Shown here: positions 31,358 through 40,696 of the stretch, piece after piece
How positions within the stretch are numbered: the first letter of the stretch is position 1
How the letters are laid out: each line of letters begins with the position of its first letter
NCBI GenBank assembly: GCA_944392795.1
Contig: CALXXX010000034.1
Span: forward strand, 8,995-72,994
Source: an uncultured Alphaproteobacteria bacterium
GTDB lineage: Bacteria; Pseudomonadota; Alphaproteobacteria; CAAHEQ01; UBA3637
Reading direction: 5' to 3'
Length of the DNA: 64,000 bases
Notes under the pieces: generated by a model
Database searches by the model: none
Told to the model about the DNA's origin: nothing
Seen by the model: only the letters and a program-made list of their open reading frames with translations
Made by a program: the position numbers and the translations under genes

Positions 31358-32671
31358 ATGGAAAACACACAAGAAGTCATGTCAAATTTGAATTATTTAT
31401 TCGAAAGTGGACAATATGAGGAACTGTTAAATCAATCAGAACGTTTTTTAACAGAGGATCCACGTTTTCCTGCTTTGCATGTATTTAAAGGTGATGCATT
31501 ACGCGCATTAAGTCGACCAGAAGAGGCTTTGGATGCGTATCGTGAAGCTATTTTATTGGACCCCAATGATGCTTTGGCACGAACAAATTATGCTTCTCTT
31601 TTATTTGATCAAAAAGATTATGCAAATGCTTTAAATGCTTCTGATTCTGCTATTTTTATTGACCCTGCCTTTACTGATCCTTATATTGTTTCCGGTAATG
31701 TTTTGTCTGCTTTAGGATATGCAGATCAGGCTGTTTTCGCTTATCATCGAGCTTTTTCTTTAGATGAAGGCAATAAAGAATTAGGAGAATATGTTGCAGA
31801 ACTTTATACGGAGCAACAAATGCTAGATCAAGCGATGCCCGTTTACTTTACTTTAGCTGAAAAAGAACCGGATAATGCAGCTTTACAATTAAAAATTGGG
31901 GGTGCTTTATTATTCTCCTTACAAAATGGAGCTTCTTTTGATGCTGTTTCTCAATATGCTTCCACTTGGGAAAAAACATTTAATAATAATTCGCTTATTC
32001 ATTCTTTTGCAGAAGAAATTAAGACTAATAATGTGAATTATAATCCTTTAACTGTTGAGCATCTGACGGCTTTTTTTGATACTTCTGCGGCGGATTATGA
32101 TACAGCAATGATGGGCGAGGGGTATGCTATTCCGGATCTGTTAAAAGAAGCTATGGAAAAGAATTTTTCTAATCGTACAGATTTAGAAATATTAGATGTC
32201 GGATGCGGAACGGGATTATGTGGGATCGTTGTAAAGCCTTATTCGGCCTCAGAAGGATTACATGGTGTTGATCTTTCTTCTAAAATGTTAGATCTCGCTT
32301 ATGATAAAAAAATTTATGATAAAGTCTTTAACGGAGATTTTGTTAGCTATTTTGCTCAAAATGACCGAAAATATGATTTAATCTTAGCTGGAGATGTTTT
32401 GCCGTATAATGCTGATTTTGCCGCTGCTCTTTCTTCTATTAAGACAGGATTAAAAGATAAAGGGTATTTAATGTTCAGTTTGCGCTTGAATCAATTTAAT
32501 GAAGAAGAAGCGGTCTTTTATCCACCATTTAATGAAATTTTTAATAAAACGGCTGTTGAGCATATTTTGAAGGAAAACGGTTTTATTCTTGTTTCAGAGA
32601 CACCGGTTGATGAAGAAGGGCAAAATTTAAAGGCTCCCGAATATTTTTATGTAGTTCAAAAGATAGCATAA
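31358..32671 (+). CDS. TPR-repeat protein with C-terminal SAM methyltransferase
   Basis: TPR-like helices; FD..AADYD; LDVGCGTG; GVDLS..ML. Confidence 0.9.
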   Translation: MENTQEVMSNLNYLFESGQYEELLNQSERFLTEDPRFPALHVFKGDALRALSRPEEALDAYREAILLDPNDALARTNYASLLFDQKDYANALNASDSAIFIDPAFTDPYIVSGNVLSALGYADQAVFAYHRAFSLDEGNKELGEYVAELYTEQQMLDQAMPVYFTLAEKEPDNAALQLKIGGALLFSLQNGASFDAVSQYASTWEKTFNNNSLIHSFAEEIKTNNVNYNPLTVEHLTAFFDTSAADYDTAMMGEGYAIPDLLKEAMEKNFSNRTDLEILDVGCGTGLCGIVVKPYSASEGLHGVDLSSKMLDLAYDKKIYDKVFNGDFVSYFAQNDRKYDLILAGDVLPYNADFAAALSSIKTGLKDKGYLMFSLRLNQFNEEEAVFYPPFNEIFNKTAVEHILKENGFILVSETPVDEEGQNLKAPEYFYVVQKIA

Positions 32672-32727
32672 AGTAAATATTCGAAAAAACAGTTGACAAA
32701 AAGTTTTTTGTTTGATATTCTCTTTTT

Positions 32728-32817
32728 TATCAAAAAAGGATCTCCCCCTTTATTTCATGTATCTCCTTTTTTGATGGTTGTTCAGGAAAGCCTCTTCTTT
32801 GGAAGAGGCTTTTTTTT
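32728..32817 (+). ncRNA. candidate ~90-nt sRNA with CU-rich anti-SD loop
   Basis: TTGACA(32693)-17-TATTCT(32716); stem ATCAAAAAAGGA/TCCTTTTTTGAT around TCTCCCCCTT; terminator AAAGCCTCTTC/GAAGAGGCTTT+T run. Confidence 0.6.
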
Positions 32818-32883
32818 CTAAAAGGGGAAAATAAACCAGGAAAAAGGATTGACAAGCATAAGAAGAGTTGGTAGTTTTGGCTC

Positions 32884-33092
32884 AAGAATGATTTTTCATT
32901 CGAGGGCTTAGAAAACCCTATCTACCGGTCGTTGTGCATAACGACCTTAAAGATGTATGCCGATTTCTGCTCTTTAATGGGCGGATGTCGGCGAATAAGG
33001 TTTTGACCAAATAAGTCGAGCCGTCTGGTAGTAACGGTTTTCTAACATCCGCCCGCCTTTGGCGGGCTTTTTTTCAAGGAAGTTAGAAAATG
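32884..33092 (+). ncRNA. C4/CI-like antisense RNA element with flanking target sites and overlapping terminator
   Basis: Stem GGGCGGATGT(32979-88)/ACATCCGCCC(33045-54); GGTTTTCTAA(C) complementary to TTAGAAAACC(32908-17) and GTTAGAAAA(33082-90); GGTAG complementary to CTACC(32922-26). Confidence 0.7.
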
Positions 33093-33335
33093 GATACAAA
33101 AATTTTAAAACAACTTGGTTTGCAAATTTGTCAATTGCGTTTACAACATAATAAAACAATTAAAGAAATTTGTACTTTATATGGTGTTTCAGAGAGTTTT
33201 TGGGAACAAATTGAAAACGGGAAAAAGTTTGATTTGACTCTTTTACAATGTTTGTGGATTGCTCATGTTTTCAATCGAAAAATCATTTTTGAATTTGTAG
33301 AAAATGAAGTATCACACTTAAATCAGCAACTTTAA
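33090..33335 (+). CDS. XRE-family HTH protein
   Basis: LG.QI..LR....TI.E.....GVS.....QIENG pattern; SD AAGGA. Confidence 0.75.
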   Translation: MDTKILKQLGLQICQLRLQHNKTIKEICTLYGVSESFWEQIENGKKFDLTLLQCLWIAHVFNRKIIFEFVENEVSHLNQQL

Positions 33336-33471
33336 GAATATGTTTTTTAAGATTTTTTGTCACAGCTTTCTTTAGATGAAAAAATATCGTTAAAAGGTAA
33401 AAAAAAACTTTTCTTTTTTGAGAAAAATGCTATGCTGAAAACATGTAAAACTAAATAAGAAAGGATATCAA

Positions 33472-33939
33472 ATGGCTGGTAGTGTGAATAAAGTCGTTCT
33501 TGTCGGAAATCTGGGAAGAGAACCCGAAATTCGTCATACAAATGCGGGGAAAAAAATAGCAAGTTTTTCACTTGCAACGTCCGATGTCTGGAAGGACGCT
33601 AATGGCGGTCGCCAAGAAAAAACTGAATGGCATCGTGTTGTCGTTTTTAATCCAAGCACAGCAGATTTTGTGGAACGTTATTTAAAAAAAGGTTCTAAAG
33701 TTTATGTAGAAGGTTCTTTGCAAACACGAAAATGGACTGATAATGCTGGTCAAGATCGATATGCAACAGAAGTTGTTGTCGGAAATTATAAAGGAGAAAT
33801 AGTCCTTTTAGATCCTAGAGCTGATGCTGGAACAGATATGGGAATTTCAAGTGGTGCAGCTCCTGATGCCGGTTGGGATTCTTCCGCTTCAGAGGGAACA
33901 GCTCCAGCTTCTGATTTTGATGATGAAATTCCATTTTAA
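33472..33939 (+). CDS. ssb: single-stranded DNA-binding protein
   Basis: MAGSVNKV.LVGNLG, TEWHRV, C-terminal DDEIPF. Confidence 0.98.
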   Translation: MAGSVNKVVLVGNLGREPEIRHTNAGKKIASFSLATSDVWKDANGGRQEKTEWHRVVVFNPSTADFVERYLKKGSKVYVEGSLQTRKWTDNAGQDRYATEVVVGNYKGEIVLLDPRADAGTDMGISSGAAPDAGWDSSASEGTAPASDFDDEIPF

Positions 33940-33974
33940 GCTGATTAAATAAAAGTTGTAATTGATTTTTTAAG

Positions 33975-36749
33975 GTGATTGATGTGACTGATACGATTGT
34001 GCAAAACAGTGATATTGTGCCTGTTTCTATTGATGAGGAAATGAAAAAGTCCTATTTGGACTATGCTATGAGTGTCATCGTTTCTCGAGCGCTGCCAGAT
34101 GTTCGAGACGGCTTGAAACCAGTTCATCGGCGAATTTTGTTTTCCATGTATGAAAATGGTTATGATTATAATAAACCTTTCCGAAAATCTGCGCGTATTG
34201 TTGGTGATGTCATGGGTAAATACCATCCACACGGAGATTCTGCCATTTATGAAGCAATGGTCCGTATGGCACAGGATTTCTCAATGCGTTTGCCTCTTAT
34301 CAGTTCTCAAGGCAACTTTGGTTCTATGGATGGCGATAAAGCTGCCGCTATGCGTTATACCGAAGCTCGTTTGGGACTGTCTTCTCATTGGTTGTTGGAA
34401 GATATTGATCGAGATACGGTTGATTTTCGTCCAAACTACGATGAAACATGCCAAGAGCCAGTCGTTTTGCCAGCACGTTTCCCGAACCTGTTAGTTAATG
34501 GTTCAGGTGGTATTGCCGTAGGTATGGCAACAAATATTGCACCTCATAATCTTGGCGAAGTTTTGGATGCTTGTATTGCGATGGTTGATAATCCGGAAAT
34601 TACACCAGAAGAGTTATATGAGATTGTTCCTGCTCCGGACTTTCCAACCGGCGGTATTATATTAGGTCGTGGCGGTGCTCGGTCTGCTGCGATGACAGGA
34701 CGTGGCTCTATTATTATGAGAGGTCGTTGTTCGATTGAGGAAATTAAAAAAGATAAAACTGCCATTGTTGTGACTGAAATACCTTATCAAGTTAATAAAG
34801 CCGCTATGATTCAGCGAATTGCTGAGTTGGTTAAAGATAAAACAATCGATGGGATTACTGATTTAAGAGATGAATCAGATCGTCAAGGGGTTCGTGTCGT
34901 TATTGAATTAAGAAGAGATGCTCATCCTGAGGTCGTTTTAAACCAATTATATAAGTTTACGCCTCTTCAAACGAGTTTTGCTGTAAACTCTTTGGCGTTA
35001 AATAACGGTCGACCAGAGATTATGAATCTGCAAGATATCTTGCGTGCTTTTATTTCCTTTAGAGAGGAAGTTATTCGTCGGCGCACTATCTTTGAGTTAG
35101 GAAAGGCAAGAGATAGAGCTCATTTATTAGTAGGTTTGGCTATCGCTGTGGCTAATATTGACCGCGTGATTGAGATGATTAGAACAGCGCCGGATCCTAA
35201 TATAGCCAAAACGCAGTTAATGGAAACTAAATGGCCTGCTTCAGATGTTGCTCCATTGATTGAGCTGATAGATGAGCCAGATCGTAAAGTTGTCGATGGT
35301 TATTATTATCTTTCTGAAGCACAAGCTCGTGGTATTTTAGATTTGAAGTTGCAGCGCTTGACAGGTTTAGAACGAGACAAAATTCATGCTGAAGTTGGAG
35401 ATTTAGGTTCTCAAATTAAGGAACTTTTATCTATTTTATCTTCTCATGAAAAACTGTATGGTATCATGCGCGAGGAATTTGTAAAAGTCAAAGAAGATTT
35501 TGCTACGCCACGTAAAACCACAATAGAAGAGGGTGAGTTTGATCAGGATATGGAAGATTTAATCGCTCGTGAAGATATGGTTATTACGGTCACAAGCACG
35601 GGTTATATTAAACGTGTTCCTGTCGGAACTTATCGCGCTCAACATCGAGGAGGTAAAGGACGTTCGGGTATGTCGACACGTGAGGAGGATCAAGTTTCAA
35701 AATTATTTGTTGCTTGTACGCATGATCCGATTTTGTTCTTCTCCAGCCTGGGAATGGTTTATAAAATGAAGGCTTATCGTTTGCCAGAAGGAACGCCTCA
35801 AAGTCTTGGAAAGGCCCTGATTAATTTGCTTCCGTTAGATCAAGGGGAGACGATTACTGCTGTTTTACCGCTGCCTGAGAAACAAGAAGATTGTGAAGGA
35901 CTTAGTATTATGTTTGCGACACAATCTGGTAATGTTCGTCGTAATAGATTGGATGATTTCTATAATGTGATGAGCAATGGTAAAATTGCCATGAAATTAG
36001 ACGAAGGGGATAAGTTGGTTGATGTTCAGATTTGTAAAGAAAATCAAGATATCTTATTATCGGCCGCTGGAGGTAAATGCGTTCGTTTCCCGGTGACAGA
36101 TGTTCGTGTTTTTGAATCTCGTGCTTCAACGGGCGTTCGTGGTATGAAATTGGCAACAGGTGATAAAGTTATCTCTATGTCTGTTTTGGAGCATGTTAAA
36201 GCGGAAATAGACAAACGCGATGCTTATCTGAAAATGTCAATAGCTAAACGTCGTGCAGCTGGAGAGGACAATTCTGAGGATACAGCAGATTATGAGAGTT
36301 CTACAGATATAGTGTTATCTCCAGAAGAATTTGAGCAAATGGAACAAGAAGAACAATTTATTTTAACAGTCACTGAAAGAGGCTATGGTAAACGTTCTAG
36401 TGCTTACCAATATCGTATTACCTCTCGGGGAACACAAGGTGTCACCAATATTGATACTGTTAAAGTGCCGGCTGCTGTTGTTGCTTCCATGCCTGTGAAG
36501 GATGAAGAGCATGTAATGATGGTAACCGATGCCGGAAAATTGATTCGGATGCGCGTTTCAGATATTCGAATCGTCGGACGTAATTCAAAAGGCGTCATCT
36601 TGTTCCGATTGGATAATGATGAAAAAGTTGTTTCTGTCTCTGTCGTTAAGGATTATGAAGAGGATGAGGTGACGGAGGATAATGTCGCTGATGAAAATCA
36701 GACTGTAAATGAAGAAATAGAAGAGGTAAAGAATGAGGAAAATACTTAG
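33975..36749 (+). CDS. gyrA: DNA gyrase subunit A
   Basis: [29 protein letters not shown], GyrA box QHRGGKG. Confidence 0.98.
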   Translation: MIDVTDTIVQNSDIVPVSIDEEMKKSYLDYAMSVIVSRALPDVRDGLKPVHRRILFSMYENGYDYNKPFRKSARIVGDVMGKYHPHGDSAIYEAMVRMAQDFSMRLPLISSQGNFGSMDGDKAAAMRYTEARLGLSSHWLLEDIDRDTVDFRPNYDETCQEPVVLPARFPNLLVNGSGGIAVGMATNIAPHNLGEVLDACIAMVDNPEITPEELYEIVPAPDFPTGGIILGRGGARSAAMTGRGSIIMRGRCSIEEIKKDKTAIVVTEIPYQVNKAAMIQRIAELVKDKTIDGITDLRDESDRQGVRVVIELRRDAHPEVVLNQLYKFTPLQTSFAVNSLALNNGRPEIMNLQDILRAFISFREEVIRRRTIFELGKARDRAHLLVGLAIAVANIDRVIEMIRTAPDPNIAKTQLMETKWPASDVAPLIELIDEPDRKVVDGYYYLSEAQARGILDLKLQRLTGLERDKIHAEVGDLGSQIKELLSILSSHEKLYGIMREEFVKVKEDFATPRKTTIEEGEFDQDMEDLIAREDMVITVTSTGYIKRVPVGTYRAQHRGGKGRSGMSTREEDQVSKLFVACTHDPILFFSSLGMVYKMKAYRLPEGTPQSLGKALINLLPLDQGETITAVLPLPEKQEDCEGLSIMFATQSGNVRRNRLDDFYNVMSNGKIAMKLDEGDKLVDVQICKENQDILLSAAGGKCVRFPVTDVRVFESRASTGVRGMKLATGDKVISMSVLEHVKAEIDKRDAYLKMSIAKRRAAGEDNSEDTADYESSTDIVLSPEEFEQMEQEEQFILTVTERGYGKRSSAYQYRITSRGTQGVTNIDTVKVPAAVVASMPVKDEEHVMMVTDAGKLIRMRVSDIRIVGRNSKGVILFRLDNDEKVVSVSVVKDYEEDEVTEDNVADENQTVNEEIEEVKNEENT

Positions 36750-37269
36750 TTTTTTAATAGGTCTATGTTTAATAACAACAGGAGTAAATGCAATGGATAA
36801 AGAAAATACGCTTTACATGGATTTAGACTATGGTCGAGTAGTGATTGAATTATTGCCGGATGTAGCGCCTAATCATGTGAAACGGATTAAAGAATTAACT
36901 CGCGAGGGTTTTTATAATGGTTTAAAGTTTCATCGTGTCATAGATGGCTTTATGGCACAAACAGGAGATCCTTTGGGTAATGGAACAGGAGGAAGCGGTA
37001 CAAAATTAAAAGCAGAATTTAATGCAACTCCTCATGTCAGAGGGACGGTCTCAATGGCTCGAGCTCAGGATCCAAATAGTGCAGATAGTCAATTTTTCAT
37101 TTGCTTTGATGATGCTCGTTTCTTGGATGGACAATACACCGTATTTGGTAAGGTTGTCGAAGGAATGGAATATGTCGACATGATTAAAAAAGGCGATGAA
37201 AGAATGAATGGAACAGTTTCAAATCCTGATATTATTGTTAAAATGCAGGTAGCTGCAGACGCTGAATAA
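36733..37269 (+). CDS. cyclophilin-type peptidyl-prolyl isomerase
   Basis: [24 protein letters not shown]. Confidence 0.95.
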   Translation: MRKILSFLIGLCLITTGVNAMDKENTLYMDLDYGRVVIELLPDVAPNHVKRIKELTREGFYNGLKFHRVIDGFMAQTGDPLGNGTGGSGTKLKAEFNATPHVRGTVSMARAQDPNSADSQFFICFDDARFLDGQYTVFGKVVEGMEYVDMIKKGDERMNGTVSNPDIIVKMQVAADAE

Positions 37270-37288
37270 GAAAAATCTAAGATAAATT

Positions 37289-37316
37289 AAAAGGCTCCAA
37301 TTAAAAGGAGCTTTTT
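37289..37316 (+). terminator. intrinsic terminator
   Basis: AAAAGGCTCC...GGAGCTTTTT. Confidence 0.7.
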
Positions 37317-37382
37317 AATTTGAAAAAAATATTGACAAAAAATAAAAAAAATGTATCCTTTTCTCAGATAAAGAGGATAAGG

Positions 37383-38102
37383 ATGCTAAAACAAAAAGAA
37401 CAAATTTCTCTTTCAGAACGGCAATTTCTGATAGATATTAAAAATGGAAATGAAATGGCGGTTGAACATTACCTTCAATCGGGAGGAAATATTGATTTTG
37501 AGTTTCGCATGAAGGAAGGTGTGATAGCTAATTCTCTCGTTTTGGCCGCAAGGGAAGGGCAAATAAATATTGTTCGTCAACTGATCAGTAATGGAATTAA
37601 TCCATCTTGTGATGTAATGGCATATGTTATGGCGATTAAAAATGATTATCAGAAAATCGCAGAAGAAATTTTAAGATCTGATTCAATCGTTGAAATTCGA
37701 CCCGAAGATTTTAAAGTTTTAGTTGATGATGAAAAAGAAAAAGCAATTTTGCAGTTAGCTGATTTAAAAGAAAATCTTGATCTTTTGAAAGATACGGAAC
37801 AGAATAGTTTCATTAAATCAAAGCAAAAGCTTTCCAGAGAATTAGCTGAAGTTTTGGGATATGCTTGTTTTAAGCTAAAGTATCAGTTGGTCCACGATCT
37901 AATTGTAGATGGGTTTGATGCATCTTTTTTTGTCCAAGAAGCAACGAAAGGAAATAACACTTCTTTTTTAAAGTTTTTATTTAAAGCTTATCAAGAGCGT
38001 TATGAACATTGTCCTGGAGATTCTCAAGCTTGGGTTATTTTAACCGAAAATAAGTCTAAGATCAAAAACTTACTTTCTCGAGAGGTAAAGGAAAGGGAAT
38101 AA
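37383..38102 (+). CDS. ankyrin-repeat-like hypothetical protein
   Basis: LVLAAREGQINIVRQLISNGIN; start moved to 37383 because TTGACA (37332) lies in the longer ORF. Confidence 0.65.
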   Translation: MLKQKEQISLSERQFLIDIKNGNEMAVEHYLQSGGNIDFEFRMKEGVIANSLVLAAREGQINIVRQLISNGINPSCDVMAYVMAIKNDYQKIAEEILRSDSIVEIRPEDFKVLVDDEKEKAILQLADLKENLDLLKDTEQNSFIKSKQKLSRELAEVLGYACFKLKYQLVHDLIVDGFDASFFVQEATKGNNTSFLKFLFKAYQERYEHCPGDSQAWVILTENKSKIKNLLSREVKERE

Positions 38103-38659
38103 TGGAAATAAGAGATTTATACCATTCTGATAGTATTAAAAATTATCTTCCAGATGATTTATATATGCTCCATTTGATGGAAAGTGGACAGAATAATATG
38201 TTATTTCAGGCATTGATTAATAAAGATGTCAAAATGTTAAAAATGATGTCTTTAACTAAACGAGATTTATCAGATTCTTTATTATTCCAAGATGATTTAG
38301 GGACGATTCAATGCATTCCTCCATTAGTTTTATCTGCTATGATCAATGATACAAAAATGGTTCATTTTCTGCTTGAAAAAGGAGCTCCTGTTAATTATCC
38401 GGATTGGATGGAAAGAACAGCTTTAATGTTTGCTTCCTATAGAAATAATAAGACGATTGTAAGAGATTTATTAAGACATGGAGCATTAGTCTCTTTGCAA
38501 GATCTTGTTATGAACAAGACTGCTATAGATTATGCAAAGACCGAGGAAGTTCGTCAACTTTTGAAAAAAGCTTTAGAAAAAGAACAGTTTAATCATCTTG
38601 TATCAGTTCGTTATCATAAAATACCTTTTTCTTATAAGGAAACTTGCAAAACAAGATAA
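38102..38659 (+). CDS. ankyrin repeat protein
   Basis: PLVLSA...MVHFLLEKGAPVN; TALMFAS...IVRDLLRHGA; TAIDYA. Confidence 0.88.
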   Translation: MEIRDLYHSDSIKNYLPDDLYMLHLMESGQNNMLFQALINKDVKMLKMMSLTKRDLSDSLLFQDDLGTIQCIPPLVLSAMINDTKMVHFLLEKGAPVNYPDWMERTALMFASYRNNKTIVRDLLRHGALVSLQDLVMNKTAIDYAKTEEVRQLLKKALEKEQFNHLVSVRYHKIPFSYKETCKTR

Positions 38660-38693
38660 AATGCATACAATTAGATGACGAGGGAAAATTTAA

Positions 38694-39188
38694 ATGAGAA
38701 TTATTTTTACACGTCAATCTATTCAAGAAACTCGTCATTTAAGACATACCTTTAAGCGAGAAGATGTAACAAGTTGTTTTTTAAAGCATCTTTATTTTTC
38801 CGGTTATGCAAAAGAATTTCAAAATAGGCTAGATTTAGATTTGTTGAAAGCGGGAATTATACCTGAAAAGTTTGATATTCATCATATTTGTCCTTTATCT
38901 GGAGGCGGTAATAACGAGCTTTCTAATCTTTGTTTAATTGAACAGGCATTTCATAGATTTATTAATCGACATTGTTTTGATCCAGCTTTGCGCCACATAA
39001 AAGAAGGTGAGCGAGTTGAAATTGAGGTACCGGATTTGGCACCTATAGCGTTTTATCAGGATTATACTTCTTTTGTTGGAGAAATCTTACATCGTCCGAC
39101 ACGCAACAGCGAGCATAAAATATTACCAAGTTTATTATATTCACAATCCAATGTTTTTTCATTGAATATATCAGAACAGGTGAGATAA
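38694..39188 (+). CDS. HNH endonuclease-domain protein
   Basis: DIHHICPLSGGGNNELSNLCLI...H. Confidence 0.8.
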   Translation: MRIIFTRQSIQETRHLRHTFKREDVTSCFLKHLYFSGYAKEFQNRLDLDLLKAGIIPEKFDIHHICPLSGGGNNELSNLCLIEQAFHRFINRHCFDPALRHIKEGERVEIEVPDLAPIAFYQDYTSFVGEILHRPTRNSEHKILPSLLYSQSNVFSLNISEQVR

Positions 39189-39211
39189 GCCCTCTTGTTT
39201 AGAGGGCTTAT
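39185..39211. terminator. hairpin between convergent genes
   Basis: ATAAGCCCTCT-TGTTT-AGAGGGCTTAT. Confidence 0.7.
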
Positions 39212-39215
39212 TATA

Positions 39216-39641
39216 CTAACTATTGTTAAAAGTAAATACAACACTGTTGCTTGTTGTTCCTTCAACAATATTAACAAGTGTTGAAGAACGATTTTCCAGT
39301 GCATTTGCAATACTTGTATTTGCTAGATTTTGAACGGTTACGACAACTTTATCGTTTGTCTTATTATTTTTATTTACCGTGCAATTTAGATTTTCAAGAG
39401 GTTCTGTTTCGTCATCTAACAGAGATTTACAAGTTTCATTATTAACATCTTGTGAACCATCACCCTTTGTTAAAGCAATGACAGCCGCTCTGGAAACATA
39501 ATCTAAAACTTGGTTAGCTCTGTGGCGATTCATAGCCATTGTATAACCGGCTAAGCCGCCGATAGATAAGACGCCGATGATAGCTAAGACACCTAACATC
39601 TCAATCATGCTGCGTCCAGATTGTGTGTAATTATTTGTCAT
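39216..39641 (-). CDS. type IV pilin-like protein
   Basis: Class III signal QSG|RSMIEMLGVLAIIGVL, Glu at +5, one Cys pair; SD AAGGAG. Confidence 0.88.
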   Translation of the reverse strand: MTNNYTQSGRSMIEMLGVLAIIGVLSIGGLAGYTMAMNRHRANQVLDYVSRAAVIALTKGDGSQDVNNETCKSLLDDETEPLENLNCTVNKNNKTNDKVVVTVQNLANTSIANALENRSSTLVNIVEGTTSNSVVFTFNNS

Positions 39642-39662
39642 TTTGTCTCCTTTTAAATAGAC

Positions 39663-39688
39663 AGCCCCTTTTAAAAAAGGGGCTTTTC
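39663..39688. terminator. hairpin between tandem pilin genes
   Basis: AGCCCCTTTT..AAAAGGGGCT; only a weak U tail on the minus (pilin) strand. Confidence 0.55.
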
Positions 39689-39692
39689 TTTA

Positions 39693-40133
39693 TTAAGATG
39701 AAGCTGTTGAAGCTGTACCACACGTCATTTCTGTTGAGGGATTAAATGTGAAAGTCGTTCCGTCTGTGGAAATGTGAACTTGCTTTGAGCATCTATTTGC
39801 GACTGCACTTGCAATACGTTCATTTTCATAACTAACAGTCACTTCGACTTCATCACTGTTTGCATCTTTTGAGACGGAGCAAGTACTTAAACCAGTAGGT
39901 TCGTTTTCTTGATCTAAAAGTGAAGTACATGTGCGACTAGATACTTCTTGACTACCGTCACCGTAAGTTTGAGCAATGACTGCCGCACGAGAGACATAAT
40001 CTAAAATTTGATTTGCTCTGTGGCGGTTCATCGCCATTGTGTAACCGGCTAAGCCACCGATGGACAGAACGCCAATGATGGCTAAAACACCTAACATTTC
40101 GATCATGGAACGACCAGATTCATTTCTTATCAT
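39693..40133 (-). CDS. type IV pilin-like protein
   Basis: ESG|RSMIEMLGVLAIIGVL, 4 Cys; paralog of neighbouring gene. Confidence 0.88.
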   Translation of the reverse strand: MIRNESGRSMIEMLGVLAIIGVLSIGGLAGYTMAMNRHRANQILDYVSRAAVIAQTYGDGSQEVSSRTCTSLLDQENEPTGLSTCSVSKDANSDEVEVTVSYENERIASAVANRCSKQVHISTDGTTFTFNPSTEMTCGTASTASS

Positions 40134-40451
40134 TTTTTATGTCCTTTATCATGTTAATATTAAAATCAGCAGCGGGCTGAAACCGGGGACACTGAGTCCC
40201 ATTCTCCTTTTGATAAACTTTCTTTTTACAGAACATCAAAAGGAATGCTTTTAAAAATCCATTCTTTTTGGGATTTTTATTATGCATTTTTATAAAAGTA
40301 AAATGAAGGATGCATCGCTCAACAAGGTCGTGCCAAAACAATGCATCCATCTTTTCACTTTTGAATAATGTATAGAAGATCGAGTTTTTTACTCGATATA
40401 CAAAAAAACTATTAAAAAATATTGAAGTTTTTTGCTTATTTAAATAAAAAT

Positions 40452-40464
40452 GGGGGGGGGGGGG
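40452..40464. repeat. G13 homopolymer tract
   Basis: 13 consecutive G in an AT-rich intergenic region. Confidence 0.9.
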
Positions 40465-40696
40465 CGAGCGTGGCAAACAAAGAACAAGATAAATCTTGTT
40501 CTTTTAAAATATGTGTTTGCTCAAAATTCATAATATACTTGTCCTTTTTATTTCTTTTATAGTCTTTTTACATATTAAACTATTAATTTTGGGTTAATGT
40601 CAATAAAAAAATTCAAAAAAAGTATTAATGAAAAAAATTGACAAAATATTTAAAATAGGATAAAATATTATTTTAAAAAGAAATTAAGAGGTTTAA

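Noticed and set aside
32761-32775. Complementarity of the sRNA segment TCTCCTTTTTTGAT to the pilin leader ATCAAAAGGAGA (about 40203-40214, minus)
   Set aside because: Low-complexity, needs a 2-nt bulge, and both segments are sequestered in their own stems; likely chance.
32974-33159. 61-aa minus ORF over the C4-like element
   Set aside because: Better explained by RNA structure and the + strand HTH gene.
34221-34260. Quinolone-resistance substitutions in gyrA
   Set aside because: QRDR reads HGDSAIYE, the susceptible-type Ser and acidic residue.
40318-40336. TTGGCACG (minus strand) as a sigma54 -24 box for the pilins
   Set aside because: No GC at the required GG-N10-GC spacing (reads TT), so it is not supportable as a sigma54 promoter.
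40120-40476. 118-aa minus ORF spanning the G13 tract (possible phase-variable CDS)
   Set aside because: F/K-rich translation of AT-rich intergenic DNA, no SD, overlaps the pilin start out of frame.
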